From NCBI GenBank assembly GCA_028534125.1, contig CM052818.1, positions 8,682,001-8,746,000 on the forward strand: a stretch of 64,000 nt of DNA. Direction: 5' to 3'. Positions 38,606-50,930 of this stretch are shown here, piece after piece. This DNA is from Lama glama (lineage: Eukaryota). The notes under the pieces were generated by a model. That model ran no database searches, was not told where the DNA came from, and saw only the letters and a list, made by a program, of their open reading frames with translations. Position 1 is the first letter of the stretch. Every line of letters begins with the position of its first letter. The translations under genes and the position numbers were made by a program.

Positions 38606-40784
38606 GGGGGGAAAACGCAATTATTTAAATGACTGAACTTCCAAGGACTAGAAATAAATTATAGATGGATTATAAGAACAGAGTGAAATACAGTGAGTTG
38701 CTCCCCCGCCCGCTGTGTTCACCTTGTAGGTCGCCGAAATGCCTAGGAAGAAAAAGACAGCAAAACCTCAGGACTGGCAGGAGCACACAGCTACCCAGGG
38801 AGGAATAAAGCCCTGACTGGAGCTGCCCCCAGGATACCCTGAATAGGGGCATGTGCTAAAAATGACAAGAGGTGGAGATCCATCCCAACTGTCAGGTGGG
38901 AGCACCCTCTCCAATCTCACCCCCCACCGCCCCTGTAGTCACCCAGGTGGGCGGGTGATCACCCTCTTGTTGGTGACCCCTCCACTGAGCTGCATCCACA
39001 TTGTCTCTTTTGCTTCCCTGCTATGCTTTTCAATCCCCTGCAGGCTGCTCTCAGCTCCTGTCCCAGGTTGCAGGAGTTGGAGCAGAGCAATCTGCCCTGG
39101 GGCTAAATCCCCAGGAACAGCTCGGCATCGGTTTCCAGATTCAGGGATGGGGCAGAGGAACTGAGCACCTTCATCCTTACTCTATTCTTATTGGAAGATC
39201 ATTCCTGCTTCACATATATCTCATCAGAGGGCCTCCAGGGACAGAGGCAGAGCAAATGCCAGATTTGAAAATTATTTTCCTCCAGCTGTGCATTAATATT
39301 TTATTTCAATCTTGCCCCACAGCCTGCTCAAAAGCTTGGAGGGGGTTGCAAAGGTGGAACAGAGCCAAACTGATTTTTGTCCCTGTCCCCAGGTCTCTGC
39401 TCTCCCCCACCTCTAGCAGCCTTATCATTTAAATGACAATCCTGCCCTGGAGAGTCCTCCTTTCCTACAGATTGACATACACACAGCACCCCCACCAGGC
39501 CTCAGAGGCTCTTTCCTGGTCAGTTCAGCTTCCACAGAAGCGTCCACTCTGACCCACATTCCTGAAACAGTTTCTTTTGCAAATCATCAGGTTTTAAGCA
39601 AACAAGGGCACATTTCAGGACACTGAACTGCACAATTAGCTGAGGGTAAATTTGGCAAAGCATCTGGTCTGCTTACCAAAATGGAAATACAAAAAAAAAA
39701 AAAAAAGAGCAGCTCTTAAAATTAAACATTAACTGTGTAAGGTTAAGTCTGTGCAAGTCTATTTGAAATGGCCCAGAGAGGCACTGGCTCTGTACCAGGG
39801 GTGGAGGGACTGGGGTCCCTGGGGCTGCTCAGGAGAATCATAATTTGAGGGGACAGATGCTGAACATGGAGACAAACACAATTCAGAAGTGCCAGAAAAT
39901 GCGAGCAAATATCCAGTCATCTTCAGTTGGCATTTCCTAAAGTCAACTTCCAGCCAGTTTTAGCGTTTTACTAACTATGAAATTAGAATTGTGCACTGGA
40001 ATTATTAAAAGGACACACTGGACTAATCAAATTAAAGACAGACTCCCTGATCTCTTGGATCTCAGAACACATATCCTAGGTAAAAGCCTTGAACCACTCT
40101 CCCCTTGTATAATGCAAGGTCAAAAGTGAGGGTCAATGAACAATCAAAGGGCAATGGAGAGAAGAAAGTGGTGATGGCAAATGTATTCACTATCAGACCC
40201 TTTGAGCCGCTTCCATCTCATAAATATCTTTGTTGAAGTTTTGTAATCTGCCCCCTCAGAATCAGAAAGGCCAGGTTAATATAATATTTCCAAACACTGG
40301 AGTGAAATAACACATATAAAAAGCAAAAAGATCAGGCAAGGTTTTCAGGGGGAAGAGGCAGGGGAGCATGGGAGTCAATATTTTCTTTTCCCCACTTTTG
40401 CAGCCATCGGCAGCCCCCGTTAATAGAAATTATGGATCAATTAGGAAAGTCAGGACTGCTCTTTTATCCCTCATTCTGCTCATCTGAGGAATTCTTAGAT
40501 AATTATCCATCAGCTGACGTTACAGTATGACCACCCTTTTTGGTCAAAGCCAAACTGTTCCAAACAATGTGAGAAACAGAGGTAGAAACAGAATTTCAGT
40601 AGTGATAATACAGACTTAGAGACATGAAAAAATATCAAAGCACTCAAATCAAAGGTAAAAACTATAAAAAGGTCACATAGAATAAAGAGTCCTAGTGGAC
40701 CACAAACTGAACAAAAGTCAGCAGGTCTTTAGATATCAGGGATAATACTTGGGAGCCCAGAAAGAAGATCAGAACAGGTATGTG

Positions 40785-40990
40785 CTATGTATAGCTGGGG
40801 GAGTTAGCTACATATGGCTATTTAAATTTAAACGAATTAAAATTAAATAAAATTTCAAATTCAGTTCTCGTCAGCCTAGCCACATTTCAAGTGCTCGGCA
40901 GCCACATGTGGCCAGTGGCTACTGTATTGGACAGCACAGGCATAGGACATTTCCATCATTACAGAAAGTTCTGTTGGATGCTGCTACTCT
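40785..40990. mobile_element. hAT-Charlie MER3-like element
   Basis: tagccacatttcaagtgctcggcagccacatgtggccagtggctactgtattggacagcac...catttccatcattacagaaagttct. Confidence 0.8.
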
Positions 40991-41954
40991 AGAGATAGAG
41001 GAGCCCTGGAAATAATCTGGACAAGTACCACCAAGGTCATCGGAAAATGAAACCTTTGAAAGAGGCATTAAAACTAAATTACGTTTCTCAAACTTTGAAA
41101 GGAAAAAAGTGAGGAATGACTTTGGGCTTTGAAACTATGATAACTGCTCAGAGAAAAGCAAATCAAAACTACATTGAGGTTGTTACCTCATGCCAGTCAG
41201 AATGGCCATCATTAAAAAGGCCACAAATGATAATTGCTGGAGAGGGTGTGGAGAAAAGGGAACCCTCCTACACTACTGGTGAGAATGTAGTTTGGCGCAG
41301 CCCCTATGGAAAACAGTATGGAGATTCCTTAAAAAACTAAAAATAGAGTTACCATGTGATCCAGCAATCCCACTCCTGGGCATGTATCTGGAGGGAACTC
41401 TAATCCGAAAAGACATATGCACCCCAATGTTCATAGCAGCACAGTTTATGATAGCCAAAACATGGAAACAACCTAAATGTCCATTGACAGATGACTGGTT
41501 AAATATACAGATGTTGTGGTATATTTATACAATGAAATACTACTCAGCCATAAAAAAGAATAAAATTATGCCACTTGCAGCAACATGGATGGACCTGAAG
41601 ATTGTCACACTAAGTAAAGTAAGCCAAAAAGAGAAAGAAAAATACCATATAATATCACTTATATGTGGAATTTTTTTAAAAAGAAGGGAAGCAAATGAAC
41701 TTATTTACAAAACAGAGACAGACTCACAGGCATAGAAAACAAATTTATGGTTACCAGAGGAAAGAAGGGTGGGGAGGGATAAATTTGGAGTTTGGGATTT
41801 GCAGATACAATCTACTATATGTAAACTAGATAACAAGTCCTACTGCATAGCACAGGGAACTATATTCAATATCTTATAAATAACCTATAATGAAAAAGAG
41901 TATGAAGAGGAATATGTATAAAACTAGGGGGGGTGGCTATACAGGAGGAGGAAG

Positions 41955-42673
41955 GTGGCGGCCACCTCGGTAGCTGCTCAGGGAGTGGGGCCAGCACCGC
42001 CTAGGGGTCTAAGGCCACTGCCCCTGACTGGGAAAACCAGGAAATCTCCACAGGGACCACCACCATGGCCATGCAGTTTGATGAGGATGTGGTTCTAGGA
42101 GCTGACTGCAGAACAACCACTGGGTCCTGCATCGCCAACTGAGTGACTCACAAGTTGACCCCTACTCATGACTGTGTTCTCTGCTGCTGCCCAGGCTCAG
42201 CAGCTGATACCCAGGCAGTCGCTGATGCAATCACTTATCAGCTTGGTTTCCACAGCATTGAACTGAATGAGCCTCTGCTGGTACACACAACAGCCAGCCT
42301 CTTTAAGGAGATATGTTACCAATACCGGGAAGACCTGATGGCAGGAATCATTTTTGCAGGCTGGGACCCACAAGAAGGGGGGCAGGTATACTCGGTGCCC
42401 ATGGCAGGTATGATGGTAAGACAGTCCTTTGCCACTGGAGGCTCTGGGAGCTCCTATATCTATGGCTATGTCGATGCTACCTACCAGGAAGGCATGACCA
42501 AGAAAGAGTGTCTGTAATTCACTGCCAATGCTCTTGCTTTGGCCATGGAGCGAGACGGCACCAGGGGAGGCATGATCCGCCGGGCAGCCATCCAAGAATC
42601 AGGGGTAGAGTGGCAGTTACCTTTGGGAGACCAGATCTCCAGATTCACCATTGCCACCTTACCACCTCCCTGA
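41955..42673 (+). pseudogene. PSMB6: Processed pseudogene of proteasome subunit beta type-6 (beta1)
   Basis: Intronless, with translation ...[34 protein letters not shown]...[27 protein letters not shown]...[16 protein letters not shown]...LALAMERDG...ATLPPP*. Lesions: start ATG>GTG (41955), a 1-nt frameshift near 41998, and stops at 42002, 42140 and 42515. AATAAA at 42724, A-rich tail, TSD ataaaact. Confidence 0.95.
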
Positions 42674-42751
42674 GCCCTCGGATCCCGGGATACAATAAGA
42701 TAGCCCGGAATGATGCAAAACTCAATAAACAGTTTGTCCATGAGAAAAACT

Positions 42752-42944
42752 GGGGGAGAGGGGATTGCTCACTGGTAGAGTGCATGCTTAACATATACAA
42801 GATCCTGGGTTCAATCCCCAGTACCTCTATTTAAGTAAGTAAGTAAACAAACAAACAAACAATCCTAATTACACCCTCCCCCAAAGAAACCAAACAAGCA
42901 AAAATGTTCAGCTCACAAAAAATATAAATAAAAGAAAAAAAACT
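42752..42944 (+). mobile_element. tRNA-Ala-derived SINE in the PSMB6 retrocopy tail
   Basis: gggggagagggattgctcactggtagagtgcatgcttaacatatacaagatcctgggttcaatccccagtacctc with an (AAGT/AAAC)n spacer and cctaattac tail, flanked by aaaaact on both sides. Confidence 0.88.
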
Positions 42945-43689
42945 TAAAAAATAAAACTGAATCACTAGCTGTACACCAGAAACTAACACAACATTGTAAA
43001 TCAACTATGCTTCAATTACAAAGAAAAAAAGCTATAACTGCTGAGTGAAGACTAGATATTTTCCACTTGTTTGAAGAGCTACAGCAGAGGGGCTTATAAG
43101 TCAGTCATAAAGAACCTCTAATTGTGAGGTGACTGGACACTGGGAGGGAAGAGGAAGGAACACTGTCAAATTTGTATCCTGAGAAAGATTTAAAAATAGA
43201 GCAGCAACCTGACATCTGGATTTCGTAGTGGGGGTTGAGTAGAATGAACTTTGTCTTAATCGCCAATTTGCTTTGATCAGTTCGAGTCCAGGACACAGAA
43301 AGCCCAAGTGACAGGCACAGAGGAGGGTGAATCCCAGAGGGCTGGGTTTGCTTTTGGTCCCTCATACGTATGGGGACTGAAATCTCAAATCACAGCCTTA
43401 GCTTGTGACCTGAAAGTCTGGCCAATTTTGCTTTAACACAGAGTCCCCTTTCTCTGCAAAGGGAATTAGAAAAGCTCACATCAGGCTTCCCTTTGAGCAG
43501 CTCTTTCCACCTTTCTTTGAGAATCTACAGAGACAGAGTCTGTGGTGACCTCAGACGTGCTGACTAAATTAGCGTGGCTTCAGTGTGGGCCAAGGGAGGA
43601 GCCTAGGCTTTGGACCCAGACGGCCCTGGATTCAAGTTCTAGTACATCCTCTTACTGGCTGGGCAACCTTGGGCCAGTCATTTAACCTT

Positions 43690-44285
43690 TGTATTAGACA
43701 TACTCTCTTGGTTGCAAGTAACATTTTCTTTTTTAAAAAATTGAAAATGTGTTGGTTTATGTACCTGGGAAACCCAAGGCCTGCTCTCCATGTAGAAGGA
43801 ATCTACATTTTGGCATCTCTCACTTACAGTACTCCTCTTTTGTCACCGATTTTGTTTATTAGTCTCTTCTGGTAGCAACTGACAAAACCCCAACCCAAAC
43901 TATCTCATGTAAATAAGGAATTTATAGGCTCACACAACCTGGGTGGTTCAAGAGTACAGCAAACTTTAGACGTGGTTGAATCTAGGAGCCCAAATGTTAT
44001 CTTTCTCTCCACCCTCAGATAAGCTTGTTCTATATGGTGAGTAAGATAACTATCAGAGGTCAAGCCCCAGACTTAACCTGACATGCCCTCAAGAGACAAT
44101 GATCCCATCTTCCCTGAAGATATGATCTAGGAAAGCCTCTGATTGGCCCAGTCTGGGTCATTGCCCATTTATGGGCCGGTCACTGACCAAGAGGATGGGG
44201 TTCTCTGATTGATCAGGTCTGGGTCACATGTTTATTCCTTTTCCTAAGGGTAGACGGTAAACCCATACCCAAACTGCATGAGATG
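43690..44285 (-). mobile_element. Old MaLR LTR fragments (MLT1J/K-like) interrupting a MIR
   Basis: tgtattag...ttggttgcaagtaaca, ctctgattggccccagtctgggtca and ggtctgggtcacatg. MIR halves at about 43590-43690 and 44340-44470. Confidence 0.55.
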
Positions 44286-44516
44286 AGTTCCTCAGAGGAG
44301 AGAAGAGTCTTGCGGACTGTATGGTTCATGACAATGTGCTCACTGCAACTTCTCAATCTTGGTTTCCTCTTCTGTAAAATGGGGATAGAATCTTTTTCTC
44401 ATAGGACTATTATGAGATTACATGAAGTAAGTTATGTAAAACATCTAGAACATTGCTTAAAAGGTGGTAGCTAATATTTTTGCCAAACAATAATTTACTG
44501 CTTTTTGTTGAAGACA

Positions 44517-45038
44517 CTTGGTGGCTTTGTAACCTGTCATCTTGGCTAGGCTGGACTACATCTCCCAGAATTCCCTTTCCTGTACATCTCTGGTTAGACT
44601 GAGCTGGAAGAGAGATTCACAAGGGAGAAGTGAGTCAGCAGTCATTTAGTAGCTCACACACAGTGTCACTCAACCCATGGGTGTGGGGGCAGCAGTCAAG
44701 CCTACAACAGTTCCACCCTCTCCTGAAACCTCTTCAGCCTCTCTGACTCCTGGGCCAGGCGTGCATTTAGTTCTGGGACGGAGGGCACCATCTTCTCCTC
44801 TGGGACTCTCATACCATCAAATCAGAGGCGGTGAGAACTGACGTGGGTTTCAGTCCTTCTTGGATTCCACCTCATGCTTGTAGGTTCCTGCTTTTCCTTG
44901 TTCTCTACTTTACACCCACCTTCCCTTCCCAACTATCTTCATGGAAGACTTCAAACTCAAGCATTAGAAACAAAGAAAATCGCCTTACAGAGATTCTTTA
45001 ACCAGCTCCCGGAGCTGTATAAGGTCGAATCCCTGCCA

Positions 45039-45091
<53 letters not shown>

Positions 45092-45132
45092 CTAAGTGGT
45101 TCTGTCTCTTTCATTGGACCCTGAATGATGAT
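44517..45132 (+). mobile_element. ERVL LTR (MLT2-like) containing (CA)n
   Basis: Starts gtggctttgtaacctgtcatcttggctaggctggactac and ends gtggttctgtctctttcattggaccctga after a (CA)n run, the usual MLT2 layout. Confidence 0.7.
45040..45089. repeat. (CA)n microsatellite, about 25 units
   Basis: Directly visible perfect CA run. Confidence 0.97.
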
Positions 45133-46399
45133 ATCAGAGCCTATTTTTTCTAAATTCCTCCCAATCTCCCTTTTAGGCTTTTGAGGAACAAGACTCTTTG
45201 GAAATTGTTTCAAGAGAAGCAAAAATTAGGACAAAACTAAAGCTGACAGTTAAGGCAAGCTTCAAGATTATAATTTTTTAAAAACAAAGCTATAAAAAAA
45301 ATTAAAATACTATAGCACCGACCACATTCTAACCCCCCCCCACATCAGATACACAGTGTATGAAATAAATAGGACCAGCATCCTTTATTATTAATCCTGC
45401 ATTGGCTTCTGCTCACCCAAGGGCAGTGGCAAAGCCCATACGAGATCCAATGAGATGTGTGGGCCAAGGGAGGAATTTGACTACTTAAATCAAGCAGGAA
45501 TTCTTTTCTGTCTAGTTACACATAAGCTTAAGGCCATGGCTGAGGGTATTCGTCACACCCATGTATATGCACCATGGGAATTTCTTGCCATGTACTTTCT
45601 CTACTTGGAGGCTTGGCTAGGTCCCCAGTGGCAGCTGCCCAGCACAGTGATCTCTGGATTTCCTCATTCCTTCCCTCTCTGTACAGGAAGCAACAAAGCA
45701 GTACATGTTGCTCCCGTCTCTGCTCTGTAGGGAATTCATAACAGGCAATGCTGGCTAAGAAAGGAAGTATTCCCATCCCGTCACATGAACTGAAGTGGAT
45801 TTAGGAAAAAGTGATTTCACTTTGGGGCTCCATCAAGGGATCTCTCAGGACAGGGCAGCTCAAGGGTGTCTTAACCTTTCCTCCCAACTCTGTCTTCCTT
45901 AGATGTGTCCACCTGAAATTTACCACTAGTGTCATTTATTGTAGACTCAAGTCACAACTGTATGAGATGGTTTAATCATCTTTTTGCCTTGTAACAGTAA
46001 GTAGAAATGCTTCCAGCCAGGGGTGAGAGGTTTAATGGCAGCTGGTGGGGCCTTTTGGGGGTGAGGGCGCAGGAACCAGGCAGTGGGGCAAGGGATTTCT
46101 GAGAGAGGGGGCGATGGGTGGGAGTTCCAGGAGCCACCATCGCATGAGAGCCTTGGACTGCTTTGGTGGTGCACGGGGCTGTAGGTCAGGGGGTCCCTCA
46201 AGGCAGGAGAGGAATGCAGAAAGGCCCTGAGTGTCCGTCGGCCACAGCTCGGCCTAAGGACACATAGCCTTTCTCCATATGCCCTTCCTGCCTCGTATCT
46301 CAGTAGTTTCATGCGGCACGTCAGGGGCCTGGCCCATGTGCTCTGTGATGGTCAGTCAGACGCCTCTGGCTTCCTGACCCCAGTCCTCAACCTCTTCTG

Positions 46400-46840
46400 A
46401 TTCTAACTGCAGTCTGTGCCAGCCTCACCCTGATAGCATCTTGCCTCTAGAGCAAGCCTTCGTCTCTTGCTTCCTCTATTTGGGGATTTCAGTGATGCTG
46501 TGGACACTAGTGGGAGCTCCCCTGAACTCCTCAATGCACAGCCCTGACATGCAGCGGAGCTAATGCCTCCAACGGGCCCCTCAAACATTGGGAACGGAAG
46601 CTGCTGCTGAATGTCCCTTCTGGCTGATCGTCGGGTGGACGGTCCTGAGAGGACCCGGGTGGGATTCAGCTCCACCTACAAAATGATGACCTTGATAACA
46701 CACCTACACTGGCTTTTTTCCCTTCCCTCCCCTTCCCTGGTGCCTCACTTCTGCTCCCCGGGATCACTTGCCACATAAACTACCTGCACACCATCTCTGA
46801 TCTTGGGCTCAGCCTTCTAGAGGGGGCACCCAGGATGGCA
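46400..46840 (+). mobile_element. ERVL LTR16-like solo LTR
   Basis: 3' end cctcacttctgctccccgggatcacttgccacataaactacctgcac...ctcagccttctagaggggg. The 5' boundary is uncertain. Confidence 0.5.
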
Positions 46841-48439
46841 AAAATTGCATTTCTGTGTAATCTTAAGAAATCCCAGGGCCCCACGAGGCTCAGTCTGAGC
46901 AGGAAGTCCAACACACAGTCCAGCAAACAATAACGGCACTGCAAAAAGGAACTTCAACCTTAAGTATTTATCAAGACACATCCAAGAGGAGCCAATACTT
47001 TGCAAATTCTCCTTGTCTAGGTCCCAAACCTTCTCACGGTTACTCCGGCCCCTTCTGCATGTCATTCTTGCTCTTCTTTTCCACCTCTTTTACCGCATGA
47101 ATGCATTTAACTTCTCTGGCTTAAATCACACTCACACACACGTACACTTCCCAATCTCTCTGCAGAAGCTGTCCTCCTGATTCCGCTTCCCTGAAGAGCC
47201 AGCAGCAGCCTTCCTCAGTGGTGGTGGGGGAATGGGGGACTCCTGCTCCCTCCCTACGCCCTCCTCCTACGGTTCTGGGATAAAAGTTAGACTGAAAGCT
47301 TCCAGGTGTAAACATAGAGTCTAGCTTGCACAGTCCCAAGACAGAAGCCCACAGCAAAACTGCAGGGAGACAACAGTTTTCCTATCGTGACGCAGATAGA
47401 AATTGGCCTTTTGTACCATGTGATCAAGGAAATAACTAAAACTTCCAGCCCCAGGGCCAAGGGGCTCCCTGTCTCGTTTCATACAGTGTCCCTGTTTGCT
47501 GCTCACCAGCACATAGACCACCCCAGTTGGGAAGGTGGGGGAGATAGGCCGCCGGGGACCAGGGCCCCCACGCTGCGGTGGGTCCTGAGAACACATGGAG
47601 AGCTGGTTCCCTCTTGGCCTCTAATGAACACGAGCCCAGCTTGACATTCTCCTGCACATTCTTACATTTTCCGACTGCCTCCCTGCCCCCTTCCACACAT
47701 TCCTCAGCATGGCAATTAATTGTTCTCTGCGGTTCGGCTGCACTGGTGTGCACAGCCATGCCTGCAGTCTCGCTTTGTTCCCAGTTTACTCAGTGCCTGT
47801 CCCTGGCTGTCCCTCAAAAACCAGACAAAGCCAGCCAGCTGCAGACCCAGCAGTCAGCGAGCCCGGCAGTGGCATTCCAGAGGCCAGAAGGAAGCCCACC
47901 GGGTGCCCGGAGAGGGCCCATTCTGCGGCTTTCTCCTCCGCACAATAGACAGGCTCTGAGGAAGGAAACGTGAGCTCTGGGCTTGGCAGCAGGGCAGGAG
48001 GCTCTTGTTAACAGCTTGCCTTCCTGTTTATATGGGGTCTGCCAAAGCTGTTAATTTCTCTCATGGAGGTGACAAATGGGAAAACCAGCCTGGAAAACAG
48101 CCTCTGAGCGACTCCTTGAAGCAAGAAAGCAGGAGGCTAGAAGTCAGGGAAGGGACCCTCTTGGGTTCTCAGGCCTGCTGAAAAGCACATCGTGTGCTTA
48201 GCTGTCCCTCCAAAAAGATGCACTGAGCCCCATCACGTGGGCACACCTCTCTTTCTGACTTCCCACCGAAGTGTCCCACGACAAAAATGGTAAAGTCCCT
48301 GCCTCAGGACCTGTGGGGTCTGTCCCCGTCATCCCCGAGTGATCCCTGATCAGGGTCTGAAGCTGAAACCACTCCAGGAAATACACCAGGATTCAGTGGC
48401 CCCTGCCTGCTGCTTCCTCCGGGCATCCTAAACCCTGAG

Positions 48440-48580
48440 CAGCGTTTCTCCACCCTGGCTATCCATTGGAAGTACCTAGAGGAGACTCTGATTTATTGTT
48501 CTGGGGAGGGACCTGGGCGCTGAGCTGTTTTAAAATCTCCTCACATGATTCTAATGAGCAGCTAGCACTGAGAATTCCAG
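48440..48580. mobile_element. hAT-Charlie MER5A-like MITE
   Basis: cagcgtttctccaccctggct...ctctgatttattgttctgggg...tttaaaatctcctcacatgattctaatgagcagc...tgagaattc. Confidence 0.65.
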
Positions 48581-49248
48581 GGAGGAAAAACTTTTCCTCT
48601 ACCTTCTTGGATTCTGTATTGAGGGACTGCAAGTTTAACTGACGATTACAGATTAACAAGAGAAAAGGAAGACAAATTTATTAATATTTTATGTGCACAG
48701 GAGCTCACATAAGTGAAACTCAAAGCAGTTAGATTTGGGAGCCTATATACCCTTCTTAACAAAGGAAAGAGGGTTTGGGCTTCCCAGGACAATAAATTAA
48801 GGGGAAATGACAAAGAAATATATGGAGAAAACTAGTGGAAGATAAGGTTAATTTTTAAAAATTTATTATTATTATTTTTTATTGGGGGGGGAGGTAATTA
48901 AGTTTGTTTGTTTGTTTTAAGGAAGGTACTGGGGATTTAACCCAGGACCTCATGCATGCTGGGCATGCATTCTACCCCTGAGCTACACCCTCCCCCAGGT
49001 AAGAGGAATTTTAGTAAGGTTGGCTTGTGTAGACTCATCTCGATGTCGACTCTGGTGATAAGAGTTGCTTTCTTCTTCCTGGTATGGGAACAGGTATGTC
49101 TTCAAAAGGGAAATGTATGCCCTGCTTTTAGGTGGATAAGGGGAGGGCAGAGAACGCTTGCTGCGTCTACTCCTTCTCAATGGCCTTAAACTCAATGCCT
49201 TATTCCACAGTGGCATATTTTGGGGTGGCATAACCTGATGCCCTTCCA
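48581..49248 (-). mobile_element. ERV1-class solo LTR (MER34/MER39-like)
   Basis: Minus strand begins tggaagggcatcaggttatgccaccccaaaatatgccact, with cagattaacaagagaaaa...aaatttatt near the other end. Same architecture as the LTR at 29614. Confidence 0.65.
48856..48996 (-). mobile_element. tRNA-Ala-derived SINE inside the LTR
   Basis: ggtactggggatttaacccaggacctcatgcatgctgggcatgcattctacccctgagctacaccctcccc with tail gaggtaatta. Confidence 0.88.
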
Positions 49249-50719
49249 GAACTACTGTAGAGATTGTTGTTGTTTTTATTATCAATTATTATTTTAAGTA
49301 AAGTGCTAGCTTATTTCAAAAGGCCGTTTGTAAGGGTAGGGATGGAGGCAAGGAATGAGATGAGGAGGAAGTGGATTCCAACAGTCGCAGCCCCTTGCTG
49401 GGTGAACAACAGTCCAGTATGACTGGGATTGGGACGTGGGTTTGGGGAAGTGTTCCTGGGATGTGGGACATTGGGTGCTAACACTGGGAAAGTCAGCCAC
49501 CCACTAGCTCTGAGAGCACCGGGGGTTCCCGGGGCCTCTGAGCCTCTTGAAGAAAGGGCTGGGGTTATTCACGCTCGTGTTTCTGGGTATCTGCCATGCA
49601 GTAGGTGCTCATTACCCAGTTCTCGAATTTGCTGCCTCCTGTTTAATTCAACTAAGGCCCCAAGCTGCTGATATTTTATGCAGCAATGTTACCATGCTTT
49701 CCCCGCCTGGAGAAGGATGTAGTGTTATTTGTTCTAGAGAGAGAAGCGGCTTCAGAGTGGGTGGGAGAGCAGGTTGTTGGCTGAGCTTTGGGAGAGTGTT
49801 TGTGAGTCTGTGGACCCAGAACACCACGGCTGCAAACAGCACAGAGAAATGGAGTTATTCTCATCACAGCTCATTTAAATATCCCTAGGCACACAATTCC
49901 TATCAAAGGAGTTGGATGACAAAAATTAGCAATTTTGGAAGTTTTGTCTCTTATGGAAAGAAAATCAAAATCCTCTCCCTCTCTCCTCTCTCTCTGCTTC
50001 AGTTTTACATGGAGAGTGAACGAGGATTTGTGGAGAGACTGTAGCTCTCTCCTCAGGCCCCTGGAGGGCTCTCAAAGCCTGACAGGCAGGCCTCCCACCA
50101 AGCTGACAACGAAGGCCTCCCCATCCCCCAACACTGGTCTCCTCCCATCCTCAGTGTGGCCACCTTGGTCCCTGCACGGCCCTGGGGATCTGCCAATCAC
50201 CTGTCTGGGAGGTTCTTCCCCAGCCCCTCTTACTTCTACTCCTTCTGCAATGGTCAACTCGAGCCTAGGCTCCCCCAGGAAGTCTACCTTCCTCCTCTCT
50301 TCTGGAAGTTTCCAAAGGAAGTAGTGTCCATATCACACTGTCCAGCATCCCTCTGTTATTCCTTCTGGAAGTAACCTGGTAATTTGTTCTGCTAACATTT
50401 CCTTTGCTGATATATTCTCTGCCCATCCATCTCAGTCCTCATGCTCCCTGGACCATGTGAAAACCTGGGTGGCTGTGGTCTGCCCAGCTGCTCACCTGCT
50501 CATCATGACCCACAGTCAGTAAGAAAGAAGTTTGGGTGGGGATAGGCAAGCATCGTGTAGGGGCTGCTGCCATCAGGCCTTGGGTACTAGTTCTCTGTGT
50601 TGGGATCCCTCCAGAACTTCTAGGCCACAGGCTGTCTGCATAACATTCCACTATGAACATTCCACTATGTTCTCAGCTCCCAAACCTCGGCTGGATCCTC
50701 AGCTCAGCCCCACAGGGAG

Positions 50720-50930
50720 CAGCTGAGCATAGGTTCAGGAGCTTGACTTTGAAGTCAGCTACCCAGGTTTTGGCTGTATGGCTAGATCCACCTGATACCT
50801 CAGTTTTCTCATCCATAAAATGGGGATAATATGGTACAGAATTCACTGGATTATTGGGAGGATAAAGTGGCCTATTTTTGTTCAAGCAATTAGAACAGTG
50901 CTTGAGACGTAATGCATGAGGCTATTATTA
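50720..50930 (+). mobile_element. MIR SINE
   Basis: cctcagttttctcatccataaaatggggataataatggtac...ttagaacagtgctt. Confidence 0.7.

Larger units (their letters stand above)
41152..43033 (+). mobile_element. 5'-truncated L1 (ORF2 C-terminus plus 3' UTR) split by the PSMB6 retrocopy
   Basis: ORF 41292-41735 ([28 protein letters not shown]...) is L1 ORF2. The 3' UTR breaks at 41925 and resumes at 42959. Diverged TSD ataactgctcag (41140-41151) and ataactgctgag (43034-43045). Confidence 0.92.

Noticed and set aside
42313..42834. 173-aa ORF and antisense ORFs over the PSMB6 retrocopy
   Set aside because: These are shadow frames of the pseudogene running into the SINE.
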